NCBI GenBank assembly: GCA_024280775.1 | Contig: JAJRPM010000004.1 | Coordinates: 391,054 to 455,053, forward strand | Length of the DNA stretch: 64,000 bases | Reading direction: 5' to 3' | From: Candidatus Zixiibacteriota bacterium | GTDB lineage: Bacteria; Zixibacteria; MSB-5A5; GN15; JACZUZ01 | In this document: piece after piece, positions 11,027 through 20,454 of the stretch | How positions within the stretch are numbered: the stretch's first letter is position 1 | How the letters are laid out: every line of letters begins with the position of its first letter | Translations under genes and position numbers: made by a program | The notes under the pieces: model-generated | What the model was told of the DNA's origin: nothing | Seen by the model: the letters and a program-made list of their open reading frames with translations, nothing else | Database searches by the model: none

Positions 11027-11557
11027 TTAGTGATGCGGATTATCCGGTACGACTTCTATGTCGCTTGAGTTGTGGGAGAATTGCGGCATTTCATAAGTGA
11101 TGCCAAAGTCCTTGCGCAGTGGATGACCTTCTAATTCCTCAACTGTCAAAATCTTGGTTAGGTCAGGATGCCCCTCGAATTTGATACCCATCAAATCCCA
11201 GACTTCACGTTCTAGCCAGTTGGCGCATCCCCAATCTCCGGAAAGTGTTGCAATAGATGCGGCGTCCTCCTGGAGTTTAGTGCGAAGGATAATTCGGGAA
11301 GTGTTTTTCAGTGACGTCAGGATGTAGATTATCTCAAAACGACCTTCTTTTTCCCACGACTGGCCTTGATGGTCGACAGCAGTTATGTCAGTGAGAAAAT
11401 CGAATTTCAACTCGGAATCCGCTTTGAGCGCCAGAATTACTTCACGAACCGCTTGGGCCTGGACATAGAATGAGAGTTGCCCTCGGTGCGAATACTCGGA
11501 GAGAATCTTGTCGCCGAAACGGCCCGTTAGAAATGTTCTGATCTTGTCTTCCATCAT
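11027..11557 (-). CDS. nuoC: NADH-quinone oxidoreductase subunit C
   Basis: 30-kDa subunit motif EREVWDLMGIKFEGHPDL. It is separate from nuoD. Confidence 0.9.
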   Translation of the reverse strand: MMEDKIRTFLTGRFGDKILSEYSHRGQLSFYVQAQAVREVILALKADSELKFDFLTDITAVDHQGQSWEKEGRFEIIYILTSLKNTSRIILRTKLQEDAASIATLSGDWGCANWLEREVWDLMGIKFEGHPDLTKILTVEELEGHPLRKDFGITYEMPQFSHNSSDIEVVPDNPHH

Positions 11558-11572
11558 TACTGAACCGAGGTA

Positions 11573-12106
11573 TTAGGCGTCGGCTTTCTTTGCGGCATCA
11601 TCTGCTGTTTGTGTTCTAGCGGCGCTTTTGGGTTTGGCGCGTAGTGATTCTTTTTCGATTTTGGCGTGCAATTTCAGAATACCATCGATTAACTGCTCAG
11701 GTCTGGGAGGACATCCGGGAACATATATATCAACCGGAACTACCCTATCGACTCCTTGCACAATTGCGTAGTTGTTAAAAACCCCGCCACATGAAGCGCA
11801 AGCGCCCATAGAAATCACCCATTTGGGGTCGGGCATTTGCTCGTAGAGCTTGCGTAGCACCGGAGCCATTTTTTGCGTCACACGACCGGAGACAATAATC
11901 AAATCCGCCTGACGCGGCGAGGAGCGCATCACCTCCATACCGAATCGCGCAACATCAAATCTAGAAGCAAAGGTGGACATCATTTCAATAGCGCAACAAG
12001 CCAAACCGAAACCAAGCGGCCAGATTGAGCGTTTGCGCGCCCAATTAACCATGGTGTCGACTGTCGTCAATGCGATTCCCTCAGGAATTTTTTCTTCTAG
12101 TCCCAT
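11573..12106 (-). CDS. nuoB: NADH-quinone oxidoreductase subunit B
   Basis: PSST motifs: [29 protein letters not shown]. Confidence 0.95.
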   Translation of the reverse strand: MGLEEKIPEGIALTTVDTMVNWARKRSIWPLGFGLACCAIEMMSTFASRFDVARFGMEVMRSSPRQADLIIVSGRVTQKMAPVLRKLYEQMPDPKWVISMGACASCGGVFNNYAIVQGVDRVVPVDIYVPGCPPRPEQLIDGILKLHAKIEKESLRAKPKSAARTQTADDAAKKADA

Positions 12107-12459
12107 TTCAGGGCTCCTTTGCCAAGGATATAGAAATAGCCAGTGATAAGTATCGCAACGAACACCAACATTTCCAGGAATCCGAACATCCCGAGGGAGT
12201 CATATATGACAGCCCAGGGATATAGAAAGACAACCTCGATATCGAAGATGATAAAGAGGATTGCCACCATATAGTATTTAACAGGAACGGGGTGCTTTGT
12301 GTCACCGACCGGATCAACACCACATTCGTAGGGTTGCATTTTGACTTTGGAGCGGGTGCGTTTGCCAATCAATACAGAGAGGCCCATCAAAACAGTGGCG
12401 ATCAAGGCCCCCACTGCGACCATTATCAGAATCGGCAGATATATCTCGACTTTATCCAT
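12097..12459 (-). CDS. nuoA: NADH-quinone oxidoreductase subunit A
   Basis: A 120-aa ND3-like protein containing PYECG. It overlaps the nuoB start by 10 nt. Confidence 0.9.
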   Translation of the reverse strand: MDKVEIYLPILIMVAVGALIATVLMGLSVLIGKRTRSKVKMQPYECGVDPVGDTKHPVPVKYYMVAILFIIFDIEVVFLYPWAVIYDSLGMFGFLEMLVFVAILITGYFYILGKGALKWD

Positions 12460-12615
12460 GAGGCTCTATCTAAGTAGCATAGCAATTATGCCACTTCCGA
12501 AGTCCATATTCCAAGATTTAATTCCGGTATTTCGAATGTGTGCAATACCGGTTCGCTCCCTTTTGTGGCGAACTGAATCGCCAGACACCTTCAATCCTAG
12601 ATGTCTCTATCGGAA

Positions 12616-12644
12616 ATCATAGACATTAGTCATAACCCTGTCAA
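12616..12644 (-). promoter_or_regulatory. Candidate sigma-70 promoter of the nuo operon (TTGACA-17 nt-TATGAT)
   Basis: Reading the minus strand, -35 TTGACA is at 12644-12639, the spacer is 17 nt, and -10 TATGAT is at 12621-12616. This implies a leader of about 150 nt before the nuoA ATG. Confidence 0.5.
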
Positions 12645-12696
12645 GACGACTTTGTGAAATCTGTAACAAAGTTTTAGTTTGTTGAACCACAGGGGC

Positions 12697-13773
12697 TTAC
12701 GGAACTGAACCACTCGCTGGAACGCCAATTCTGATGTGGTTTGAATAAATCCAACCAAATCCCTTTCGCAGAACCTCGATGCGATACAATCCGGACTGTG
12801 AAGGGGTGTATTCCAGCTCGTCGGACTCGACCCGCAATACTGCCGAGCCGTTACGAATGAGACGGATTTCTCCTCGCTGTGGAGCCTTTACATGAATCGA
12901 AGCTCCAGCCGGGCTTTCCAGAGATCCACCGCTGATAGCGGCACTCCCTCCAGAGGTTGCCACAAATTGGAATCCCTGTGCATCGCCTCGGCGACGATTG
13001 GAAAAGTATAGCTGACAGGAGCGCAGGGCATTCAGCAGTTGAATACGAGCTTCTTCAGGGTCTTGGGAGAGTGGCTCTGTTAGGATGATGTGGTTTTGCA
13101 AAGAACGGAAGTGAACCTTGTAGGGAAAGATTGTTACTTGTTTAGGTCCGAGCTGGTATGGGAATGCATGGGCATCGACTCCGGCGATACCTACTACCCT
13201 TCGAGTGTGATTGACTTTGTCCCAATGACGTAGAGTTTCGACAGGCGGAGCTTTCATAAATTTCCGGGGCGAAAAGAGCAAAGCGACCTTGCCGATTGGT
13301 CCGGCTTCCTCCAGACGTTCCATCCACTCTGACATTTGATTCCACAGCTCAATTCCATGATAGCCTTCGACCGTCCAGTCCTGCCATTGGTAGGGAGGGT
13401 ACTTTCCGTCTTCGGGACGTTTTTCATCGGGGTGGGCGATTATGCCGAGGGCGTTATCCGCGGCGCATTGCGTCACATAGTCACTCACATGTAATTCCGG
13501 GTCATATACTCCGGGGCTGTCGAAAATCAGGAAGTGATTCTTATCAGCGGGGTCATTATGTTCATAGCCCACTGCCACAAACAAATCTCCATGGTATCCG
13601 GCGAATGCGTCACGTGACTTTAGCGTCATGTGATCAGTAAAGAACAAAAAGTCCAACCCGACTTCGGCGCCGAAAGCTATTACCTCATCATGCGTCGCAG
13701 TTCCATCGGAGTCCAGCGTGTGCATGTGTATACAGCCGGTGTAGTGATAGTACCCTGTCTTGTCTCTTATCAT
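12697..13773 (-). CDS. PHP-domain (CehA/McbA-like) metallohydrolase
   Basis: N-terminal CIHMHTLDSDG motif and later histidine clusters (GIIAHPDE, GVDAHAF). Confidence 0.65.
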   Translation of the reverse strand: MIRDKTGYYHYTGCIHMHTLDSDGTATHDEVIAFGAEVGLDFLFFTDHMTLKSRDAFAGYHGDLFVAVGYEHNDPADKNHFLIFDSPGVYDPELHVSDYVTQCAADNALGIIAHPDEKRPEDGKYPPYQWQDWTVEGYHGIELWNQMSEWMERLEEAGPIGKVALLFSPRKFMKAPPVETLRHWDKVNHTRRVVGIAGVDAHAFPYQLGPKQVTIFPYKVHFRSLQNHIILTEPLSQDPEEARIQLLNALRSCQLYFSNRRRGDAQGFQFVATSGGSAAISGGSLESPAGASIHVKAPQRGEIRLIRNGSAVLRVESDELEYTPSQSGLYRIEVLRKGFGWIYSNHIRIGVPASGSVP

Positions 13774-13797
13774 ATTAACTGTTTCACTGCTCTAGGA

Positions 13798-15183
13798 TTA
13801 TCTATCTGTTGGATGCTCCAATGGCATTGAATGCTCCAGTGGCGGGCGCTTGCCTTTGATGAAGATAAGCAGACCGACTAGAACCAGCAATGAGAGACTA
13901 GCGGCGGCGGCTCGGTAAGGCAATTGAATTGCAAGCTCTTCTGAAACCGAAAAAACTCTCCCGATTACACCATCAGATTGGAAGAGCCAGAAAAACAGCC
14001 CCCACCATAGCGGTCCGAGCACTGCGGCGCTCTTTCCGGTTAGAGAATATAATCCAAAGAATTTCCCCAGCTCATCTTTGGGGACCATTTCGGCGAAATA
14101 GGGTCGATGAATTGTCCACACTCCTCCGAGCAAAATACCAGCTATGGCGCTAAGCGCCCAGTATTGCCAGCGCTCAAAGGCTACACCGAATAGCGCCATA
14201 GTGACTATCCAGCCCAAAGCTATGGCAATGATTGCAGAGCGAAGGGGGATTCTCACTGCAACACGCCCGATGATGAACGAGCCTATTACTGCCGCGAGTG
14301 TCACTATCGCAAGGAAAATTGTTTTTTCTGCGTCGCTGAGTCCGATTACATACAGGCAGAAAACTCCGATGTTGATGATTACGGCATTGACAGCATTCTT
14401 GATGAAGAAGTCAGTTAACAGGAAACGTAGCAGGCCGGGATACTTTTCTGCATCGCGCAAGCTCTTCCATAGTGACTTGTATGCCCGCGCTATTCCGGTA
14501 CCTGTCACTGTCTTTGATGTCTTTCTCTCACGGACAAACAGGAACAACGGAACTGCTAGCGCTAGGAAGATTACCGCAGTAGGCATGAAGGCGCCGGATT
14601 TTCCACTGCCTTCGACAAATGGGATTTCCAAACCGAAAAGATTTCCATCGACAAAGGGCAGGACAGCGAACAGTCCGATTATTGCGCCAAGATAACCTAG
14701 CGCCACTCCGTAGCCGCTAATGAACCGCGCTTGGATGTCGTCATCGGCTACAGAGTACAGCAAGGAATTATAGAACACCATGCTGCCTTCATAGAAGAAA
14801 TTCGCCAGCCCGAATAGAAACAGGATAATCACAAAAGCCGACGCCGGCAGAAAACTGAATCCGGCAACTGACAGGAAACATGACACTGTAAAGAGGAATA
14901 AGAATTGCTTCTTGCGCGAGGCGCCATCAGATAGGGCGCCTAAAGCCGGTGAAAGAATTGCAACACCCAACATTGAAAGCGCCACTGTCAGGTCAAATGT
15001 GAAACCTGATTTTCCGAGGTCATCTACTATCCAGGGTTTGAAATATGAAGAAACGATATTCATCGAGAATATCGTATTGGCAAAATCATACAGCGCCCAG
15101 CTGAAGATGTCCTTTTTGAACATCAGGTGGGCAAAACGCTTTTTCTCCGAAGGAGCGGAATTGGCGACACTGGCGCTGTTCAT
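13798..15183 (-). CDS. MFS transporter (UMF1-like)
   Basis: A polytopic protein with an N-terminal WALYDFANTIF motif. The start is moved to the internal Met (MNSASV...) so that it does not overlap the upstream HD gene. Confidence 0.7.
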   Translation of the reverse strand: MNSASVANSAPSEKKRFAHLMFKKDIFSWALYDFANTIFSMNIVSSYFKPWIVDDLGKSGFTFDLTVALSMLGVAILSPALGALSDGASRKKQFLFLFTVSCFLSVAGFSFLPASAFVIILFLFGLANFFYEGSMVFYNSLLYSVADDDIQARFISGYGVALGYLGAIIGLFAVLPFVDGNLFGLEIPFVEGSGKSGAFMPTAVIFLALAVPLFLFVRERKTSKTVTGTGIARAYKSLWKSLRDAEKYPGLLRFLLTDFFIKNAVNAVIINIGVFCLYVIGLSDAEKTIFLAIVTLAAVIGSFIIGRVAVRIPLRSAIIAIALGWIVTMALFGVAFERWQYWALSAIAGILLGGVWTIHRPYFAEMVPKDELGKFFGLYSLTGKSAAVLGPLWWGLFFWLFQSDGVIGRVFSVSEELAIQLPYRAAAASLSLLVLVGLLIFIKGKRPPLEHSMPLEHPTDR

Positions 15184-15209
15184 TTTTTGCCTATGATTTG
15201 TGTTCGTTC

Positions 15210-15758
15210 TTACAGTCCCAGGTAGTCGCCGATATTTAGCATACCGTCGCGAACTGCTAGGATAAATTCGGCTAGTTCCATATCCAGATTTGAACAAGCG
15301 GCCATATTTTCGCGCGTGGCTCCTGCGGCAAAGCGTTTTTCTTTGAAGCGCTTGAGCACAAAGCGCTCGTCGAGAGCCGCTAGAGATTTGTCAGGATGCA
15401 TAAGAGCGCAGGCGACCAGGAAACCGGTAGTTGGGTCGACTGAGTAAAGCGCCCAATCCATTTGGCTTTTGCAGGGAGTGTGTCCGGGATGGCAACGGAT
15501 AGCGTAAATCATATCTGTCGGGACATCATAGGGCTTCAACCATTCTTCGGTCAGAAAGGTGTGCTTTGATTCATTCTCTGCTGTCTCATTGTAGTCAAGG
15601 TCATGCAATATACCAGTCAGCCCCCACAAGTCTGCATCGGCGCCAAAACGTAGCGCAAGGTGACGCATCCCTGCTTCAACCGAGCGAATGTGCTTGCGCA
15701 GATTTACATTCTCGATTTTTTCTTCCATCAACGCTAGCGCTGTTTTATGGTCTATCAT
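15210..15758 (-). CDS. HD-domain phosphohydrolase
   Basis: H...HD signature (LTGILHDLDY) in a 182-aa protein. Confidence 0.7.
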   Translation of the reverse strand: MIDHKTALALMEEKIENVNLRKHIRSVEAGMRHLALRFGADADLWGLTGILHDLDYNETAENESKHTFLTEEWLKPYDVPTDMIYAIRCHPGHTPCKSQMDWALYSVDPTTGFLVACALMHPDKSLAALDERFVLKRFKEKRFAAGATRENMAACSNLDMELAEFILAVRDGMLNIGDYLGL

Positions 15759-15819
15759 GTTTTCTCTCTTGGAATGTCAGTCAACCGAACACTTCTGTTC
15801 CGGGTTAGTCTCGGACTAT

Positions 15820-15901
15820 GTCATTCTGAGAGAAGCGAAGAATCTTCTTTCGATTCATTCTGCTAACAACCAGCAAGATACTTCGCTTCGCTCAGCATGA
15901 C
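15820..15901. repeat. Imperfect 25-bp inverted repeat (long hairpin) with a 32-nt loop
   Basis: The left arm is GTCATTCTGAGAGAAGCGAAGAATC (15820-15844). The reverse complement of the right arm (15877-15901) is GTCATGCTGAGCGAAGCGAAGTATC. The arms match at 22 of 25 positions. Confidence 0.75.
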
Positions 15902-15919
15902 AATGGGTTTAGAAAACCT

Positions 15920-18115
15920 CTAATTAAAGAAGTTCCAGGTAATCCAATACCAACTGTAGCGCCCTATGTAATCGTATCCTTCACGCGCCTGGAATTGGGC
16001 GTTGAGTGAGTTTTCAAATACATAGTTGAAAGTGAAGTCTTTGATACGAAACGCGGCGCGATAGTTGATTACCGCCTGCTTACCAAGCAGACTGCCGTCA
16101 TAGCCGAAATACTCCCCGTTATAGGTTACTTCTCCATAACCGGAGAAGTGTATTTCCAGAGGGCGATAATAGAAATCAAGCGCCAGTCCGGAGAATAGAT
16201 TGTAATCTGGTGAATAAGCAGGTTGCGCGGTTGAGTCATACTCTGAATTGTAAATGGCCGCCGAGGAGTTCCACACTAACCAGGACGTCAGCGCCAGGCG
16301 CTTAGTAACAGTTGCGCCGAAGAAGGTGAAGTCCTCATTGATCGGCCTATAGAGCAAACCGCTAGATGTCGGCGAGGTTCGCCAGTTGATTCCATCTGTA
16401 ATCTTGCCACCGGTGATTGAAAGTGTCAGTTGCTTAGCGCCCGACCCTATACGCGCTTCTGCTGTTGCTGTGTATTGCGCCTCGGGAGTTAGACTACCAT
16501 TGCCCGACTGCTCGAGAGTTCCGACAGTTGATTGTGTAACTGGAGCTTCAGGTGGCAAATCCAATTCATATTGTCGCGGGAAGACTGGAGTGACACCTAG
16601 CGCCAAAGTAAATGAACGTCCCGGAGCTACAGATACAAACCCCAGGTTCACTCTTGGTTGCACATCATACCCTCCCGCACCAGACGCGGCGATTTCACCG
16701 AAAATGAATGAGGAGTTTAGCCCACTCTGGAATTCACTTCGGTTCGCCAATATCCTTGGAGGATGTACCGCTGAAGTCGGCAATTCAATTTCGGTTAGCG
16801 CATCACCGCCAAGCCGCACTAGCGCTTTCAGCGAGGCGTCACCAAGTTTGCGTTCATTGCTCCCTACTTCAAACTCCAGCTTCTCTTTTGATGCGCTGAG
16901 ATTGACTTTGAGCATTTTCGTAGAGCTACGATGATTCCAAATTGCGCTGAAACCGTTTTCAATGCGATCAAGTCTTTGACTATAGGGACTCGAAAGCGCA
17001 TCAAGTCCTGATTCTGAACGCTGGTGACGAAACTCCACACCAAGTGAATTGTTGTTTCCCGCTTTTCTTTCAACTCTGGCTACTATATCTCTGTCGCGTC
17101 TATCGCGGTTGAACTTCCTGTTTAGCGATTGAGGTTTGTAGGCGATGTTGGCTTTGCGCCGGTAGAGCCTAACTGAAGTTGTTATGCGCCAGTTTCTCTT
17201 GTAGGGAGCCTCAATTTCCCAAAACTGATGACTGGCGTCATCATTGGCCAATAGAGAGCCAAATTCAGTCTTGCGAAAACCAAGCGCCGCTGTATAGGAG
17301 AATCCATTTGGCAAAGTCTCTGAAATCATACCCTTGGTATAGGCATATCCGAATGGGCCCTTTTGGATTTCCAGACGGGATTCCGAGCGAGGGCCATCGG
17401 CGCGTAGTTTTTGTAACCATATCCCCCCAACTCCGCTCTGTCCGCCGAGAAATGCGGCAACCGGACCGGTGAGGGTGTAAACATCACTAACTGAAGAAGT
17501 GGGAATGTCATTAAAGTCATACTGACCATCCTGCTCGGTCAGATGTTCCAAGGGCGCCAGAGGACGGCCATCGAAAATCGGTGTCACTCTTGGGCCCGGG
17601 ACTCCAAAAGCGGAGACAGTGTGACGCGCCGGAGTAGTTAGATAGTCTACTGTAAAAAATGATCTGTCGGCTCGAAAGAAATCTCCGGCGTCATGATAGA
17701 AAGCTTTGCCAATGTTCTTATTCTGCTCACGTTGCGCGCCAAGCAACATGGCCGCGGCATATTCGTTGAAACGAAAGGGGTTGATGGCGCTTACAGTATC
17801 TACCTGGTTTGCGGCATCGATTGAATCAAGCATACGCTCGGCAATAATTGCTGACGAATCCGGACCTGTCCGAATATGCAAGGAATCAATGATTGCTGAT
17901 GTATCAGAGAGCGTGTCTCCCGAAAGTATAGCGCTGGAATCTGTGGTAGTGGAGTCAAGCGCCTGCGATGTATCAGGCGGCGGAGAATCTGTTTGGGCAT
18001 GTAGCTCGGATACTACGGCAAAGACTAACAGAGTAAGAACAATAAGCGTGCTTCGGCATAAGCGTATGCAGAGCTGAATTCCGCTTGTCTCAGGTTTATC
18101 GCCGGACGCAGACAT
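15920..18115 (-). CDS. TonB-dependent-receptor-like outer membrane beta-barrel
   Basis: It has a signal-like N-terminus and a Ser/Thr/Asp-rich linker. A plug-like segment follows (FGVPGPRVTPIFDGRPL ... DFNDIPTSSVSDVYTLTGPVAAFLGGQSGVGGIWLQ). The rest is a long stretch of alternating beta-strand pattern ending in an aromatic-rich C-terminus. Confidence 0.6.
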   Translation of the reverse strand: MSASGDKPETSGIQLCIRLCRSTLIVLTLLVFAVVSELHAQTDSPPPDTSQALDSTTTDSSAILSGDTLSDTSAIIDSLHIRTGPDSSAIIAERMLDSIDAANQVDTVSAINPFRFNEYAAAMLLGAQREQNKNIGKAFYHDAGDFFRADRSFFTVDYLTTPARHTVSAFGVPGPRVTPIFDGRPLAPLEHLTEQDGQYDFNDIPTSSVSDVYTLTGPVAAFLGGQSGVGGIWLQKLRADGPRSESRLEIQKGPFGYAYTKGMISETLPNGFSYTAALGFRKTEFGSLLANDDASHQFWEIEAPYKRNWRITTSVRLYRRKANIAYKPQSLNRKFNRDRRDRDIVARVERKAGNNNSLGVEFRHQRSESGLDALSSPYSQRLDRIENGFSAIWNHRSSTKMLKVNLSASKEKLEFEVGSNERKLGDASLKALVRLGGDALTEIELPTSAVHPPRILANRSEFQSGLNSSFIFGEIAASGAGGYDVQPRVNLGFVSVAPGRSFTLALGVTPVFPRQYELDLPPEAPVTQSTVGTLEQSGNGSLTPEAQYTATAEARIGSGAKQLTLSITGGKITDGINWRTSPTSSGLLYRPINEDFTFFGATVTKRLALTSWLVWNSSAAIYNSEYDSTAQPAYSPDYNLFSGLALDFYYRPLEIHFSGYGEVTYNGEYFGYDGSLLGKQAVINYRAAFRIKDFTFNYVFENSLNAQFQAREGYDYIGRYSWYWITWNFFN

Positions 18116-18168
18116 GGCTCTCAGTTCGGTTTATTTGAATTGCCTATGATTGTTTATGATGAACTGCG

Positions 18169-20445
18169 TTAGCGAATAACCAGGACTTTTGTGACTTCAG
18201 AATGCGCCAGATTCCCTGAGCCATCGACAATTTTCTGCAATACTATGTAAACACCGGGAGCAACTTTTACTCCGGATTGATTAGTCAAATCCCAGGTTAC
18301 TGATACTTGAGTAAACGCGGGGCCGCTGGCTTGTGACAGGTTATCACGCACTAACTCTCCGGTCTCGGTGAAGATAGAGACATTGAGTGTCAGTTCGCCA
18401 GAGTTTCGCACCAGCGGATCGCGCAGGGCTTCAAAAATTACCTGATCGTTTCCGGGGAGAACTGGATTTGGGTATGGTGTGCGCACCGAAAAAGGCTGTG
18501 AGACATTTTGGATGGCATTAGAACTATCCTGCACGACATAGGAATAGGGATACTCGGCTATTCCGGCAGAGCTCTCATAGTCACGAGGATCCAGTGAGGT
18601 TTGCGTCACAATTAGCATCACATCAGAATAACGAGCAGGGTCTGGAAGAACGACACCCGGGGCCAGATTTTCTACTCTCAGGTAAATACTGTCAGGCTGT
18701 CCATCATTAAGAGCGCCGGGATTCAACGTGTCGATTACTACAGTGTTGTAACAGACAAAAGAATCAACAAGATTCTGAACAGTCGCGTCTAATTCCGCTT
18801 CATTTATCAATAGGTTGGTGTCAATAACCAGCTTGGTAAACGGCGCGCTAATTACTACAGCCGTATCAAATTGGTTCTTCGGAATAGCAACTAAAGACAA
18901 ACTGCGCTCAAATCCGGCGAATACCAGGGCAGTAGGCACAGATAGCAATGGCTTGAAACAACCATCACGAACGCTGAGAACATCGTGCATGAAAACAAAG
19001 CTATTGGAGTTTGATTGCGGAGCCGGTTGCAATGCATTGAATGGCTGGGGCGCTACCGGATATGAGCTGTGGATGGGTCCGAGGACAATTGTATCAACAG
19101 TCCTATTGAAAACTCCCGGCTTGAAGATAGTGTCTCTAATTGTAGGATAAAACTCTCCTTCTTCAAAGCCGAATCCAGCGGGAGCGAATTTTGCTCTTTC
19201 ACCCGATAGAGCCAGCGCAGCGCCGAATTCCTGGAAGGCGCGCCTGAAGCCATACTCACCATTGGTAAAAGCAGTCAGCGCCGAGTCAACCGCCCCTAGA
19301 AAATCTGGTCCGGGGGAGCCACAACCAAGCCAGGTTCCTCTAACAATCTCAGGCCCGAACTTATTTGTCAGCCAAATCGGGAATATGCCCATAGCATAGG
19401 GGAAATCACTACTAAAAGAGAATGTTTCTAGAGACACATGGGGAGCATCAAACGGAATACTCGTGGAGGAATTGAACAAGTAAGCATAGTAATCATTGAT
19501 ATCGTCATAGATGTACTCTTCCATCGAAACCGCTGACATCTCAAACCAAAACTTCCTTGCAAACCCCGCCTGAAACTCAAACTCTGTCTCATCAATTCCA
19601 AAATGAATAGCATGAAAGTATTCGTGCGCTACTGTCACACGTACGGCATCGAGCGGTTTCTTTCGATAGTCATTTACAGCGCTGTAGCCTGCTTCAACGT
19701 AATCATTGTCCAAGATTATGTATGAAGCTCTCGACCTTGAGAGAGGGAAGCTGATAAAGTGACCAAGAACAGTATCAGCGGCAACCGTCGCCCCAAAAAA
19801 ATTCCCGCCGAGGTTTACGAAATAAACGTCATACAACGAATCAGGATTTTCAGCGCTTATTGAGAGGCCATCATTGGGCGGCGCAGGATACTCCAGATTC
19901 TTGCTACCCGCGCCTCTAGGGCCTTCAATAATATTCCATGCAGAATCAAAGATATCACCAGAAACGTTGATGAAATCCGGAACACCATCAGGTCCGCCAA
20001 CTCCCAGCGGACCTGAAAGATCAATGTTCGCATTCTTGATGGCGTTAGTTCCGGTTGTGTCAAAATGTAATTTGAAACGACCTTCGGGAGAATCGTAGGT
20101 AGCTTGCATTAGCGCCCTGTCGAATATACCCTGTACAGATGTGCGCAAAAGCGGATTCATGAGATTCGAATCGAAATTCGTATTTGCTATCGGAGTTCCA
20201 CATTTGAGAGCTCGTTCTGCCACTGCGGACTTTTTCCCGGAAAAGTCCAAACCGGTTAGATGCGCATACAAGGTTTCCTGTTCGGCGAGCGGCATTCTGG
20301 TGGCGCCTGGGTAAACAGGCTTTGTTGCCGAAACTGCTGTTTCTACGAATCCTAAAGAGAGAACGCAGGAAACAAGGGACGCTGTTAGTAACGCAATTGA
20401 GATAGAAGGTGTTCTTAATCTAGCCAATTTGAAATACTCTTTCAT
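18169..20445 (-). CDS. Secreted HExxH metalloprotease-like protein with a T9SS C-terminal sorting domain
   Basis: It has a signal peptide, a zinc-binding-type motif (VAHEYFHAIHFG), and a C-terminal roughly 80-aa T9SS-type tail (...VAPGVYIVLQKIVDGSGN...KVLVIR). Confidence 0.6.
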   Translation of the reverse strand: MKEYFKLARLRTPSISIALLTASLVSCVLSLGFVETAVSATKPVYPGATRMPLAEQETLYAHLTGLDFSGKKSAVAERALKCGTPIANTNFDSNLMNPLLRTSVQGIFDRALMQATYDSPEGRFKLHFDTTGTNAIKNANIDLSGPLGVGGPDGVPDFINVSGDIFDSAWNIIEGPRGAGSKNLEYPAPPNDGLSISAENPDSLYDVYFVNLGGNFFGATVAADTVLGHFISFPLSRSRASYIILDNDYVEAGYSAVNDYRKKPLDAVRVTVAHEYFHAIHFGIDETEFEFQAGFARKFWFEMSAVSMEEYIYDDINDYYAYLFNSSTSIPFDAPHVSLETFSFSSDFPYAMGIFPIWLTNKFGPEIVRGTWLGCGSPGPDFLGAVDSALTAFTNGEYGFRRAFQEFGAALALSGERAKFAPAGFGFEEGEFYPTIRDTIFKPGVFNRTVDTIVLGPIHSSYPVAPQPFNALQPAPQSNSNSFVFMHDVLSVRDGCFKPLLSVPTALVFAGFERSLSLVAIPKNQFDTAVVISAPFTKLVIDTNLLINEAELDATVQNLVDSFVCYNTVVIDTLNPGALNDGQPDSIYLRVENLAPGVVLPDPARYSDVMLIVTQTSLDPRDYESSAGIAEYPYSYVVQDSSNAIQNVSQPFSVRTPYPNPVLPGNDQVIFEALRDPLVRNSGELTLNVSIFTETGELVRDNLSQASGPAFTQVSVTWDLTNQSGVKVAPGVYIVLQKIVDGSGNLAHSEVTKVLVIR

Positions 20446-20454
20446 CTTTGGGGT

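Noticed and set aside
15688-15900. A 70-aa plus-strand ORF ending ...VILREAKNLL...TSLRSA.
   Set aside because: It is read straight through the 25-bp inverted repeat and the antisense strand of the HD gene. It is a typical artefact ORF generated by this kind of hairpin.
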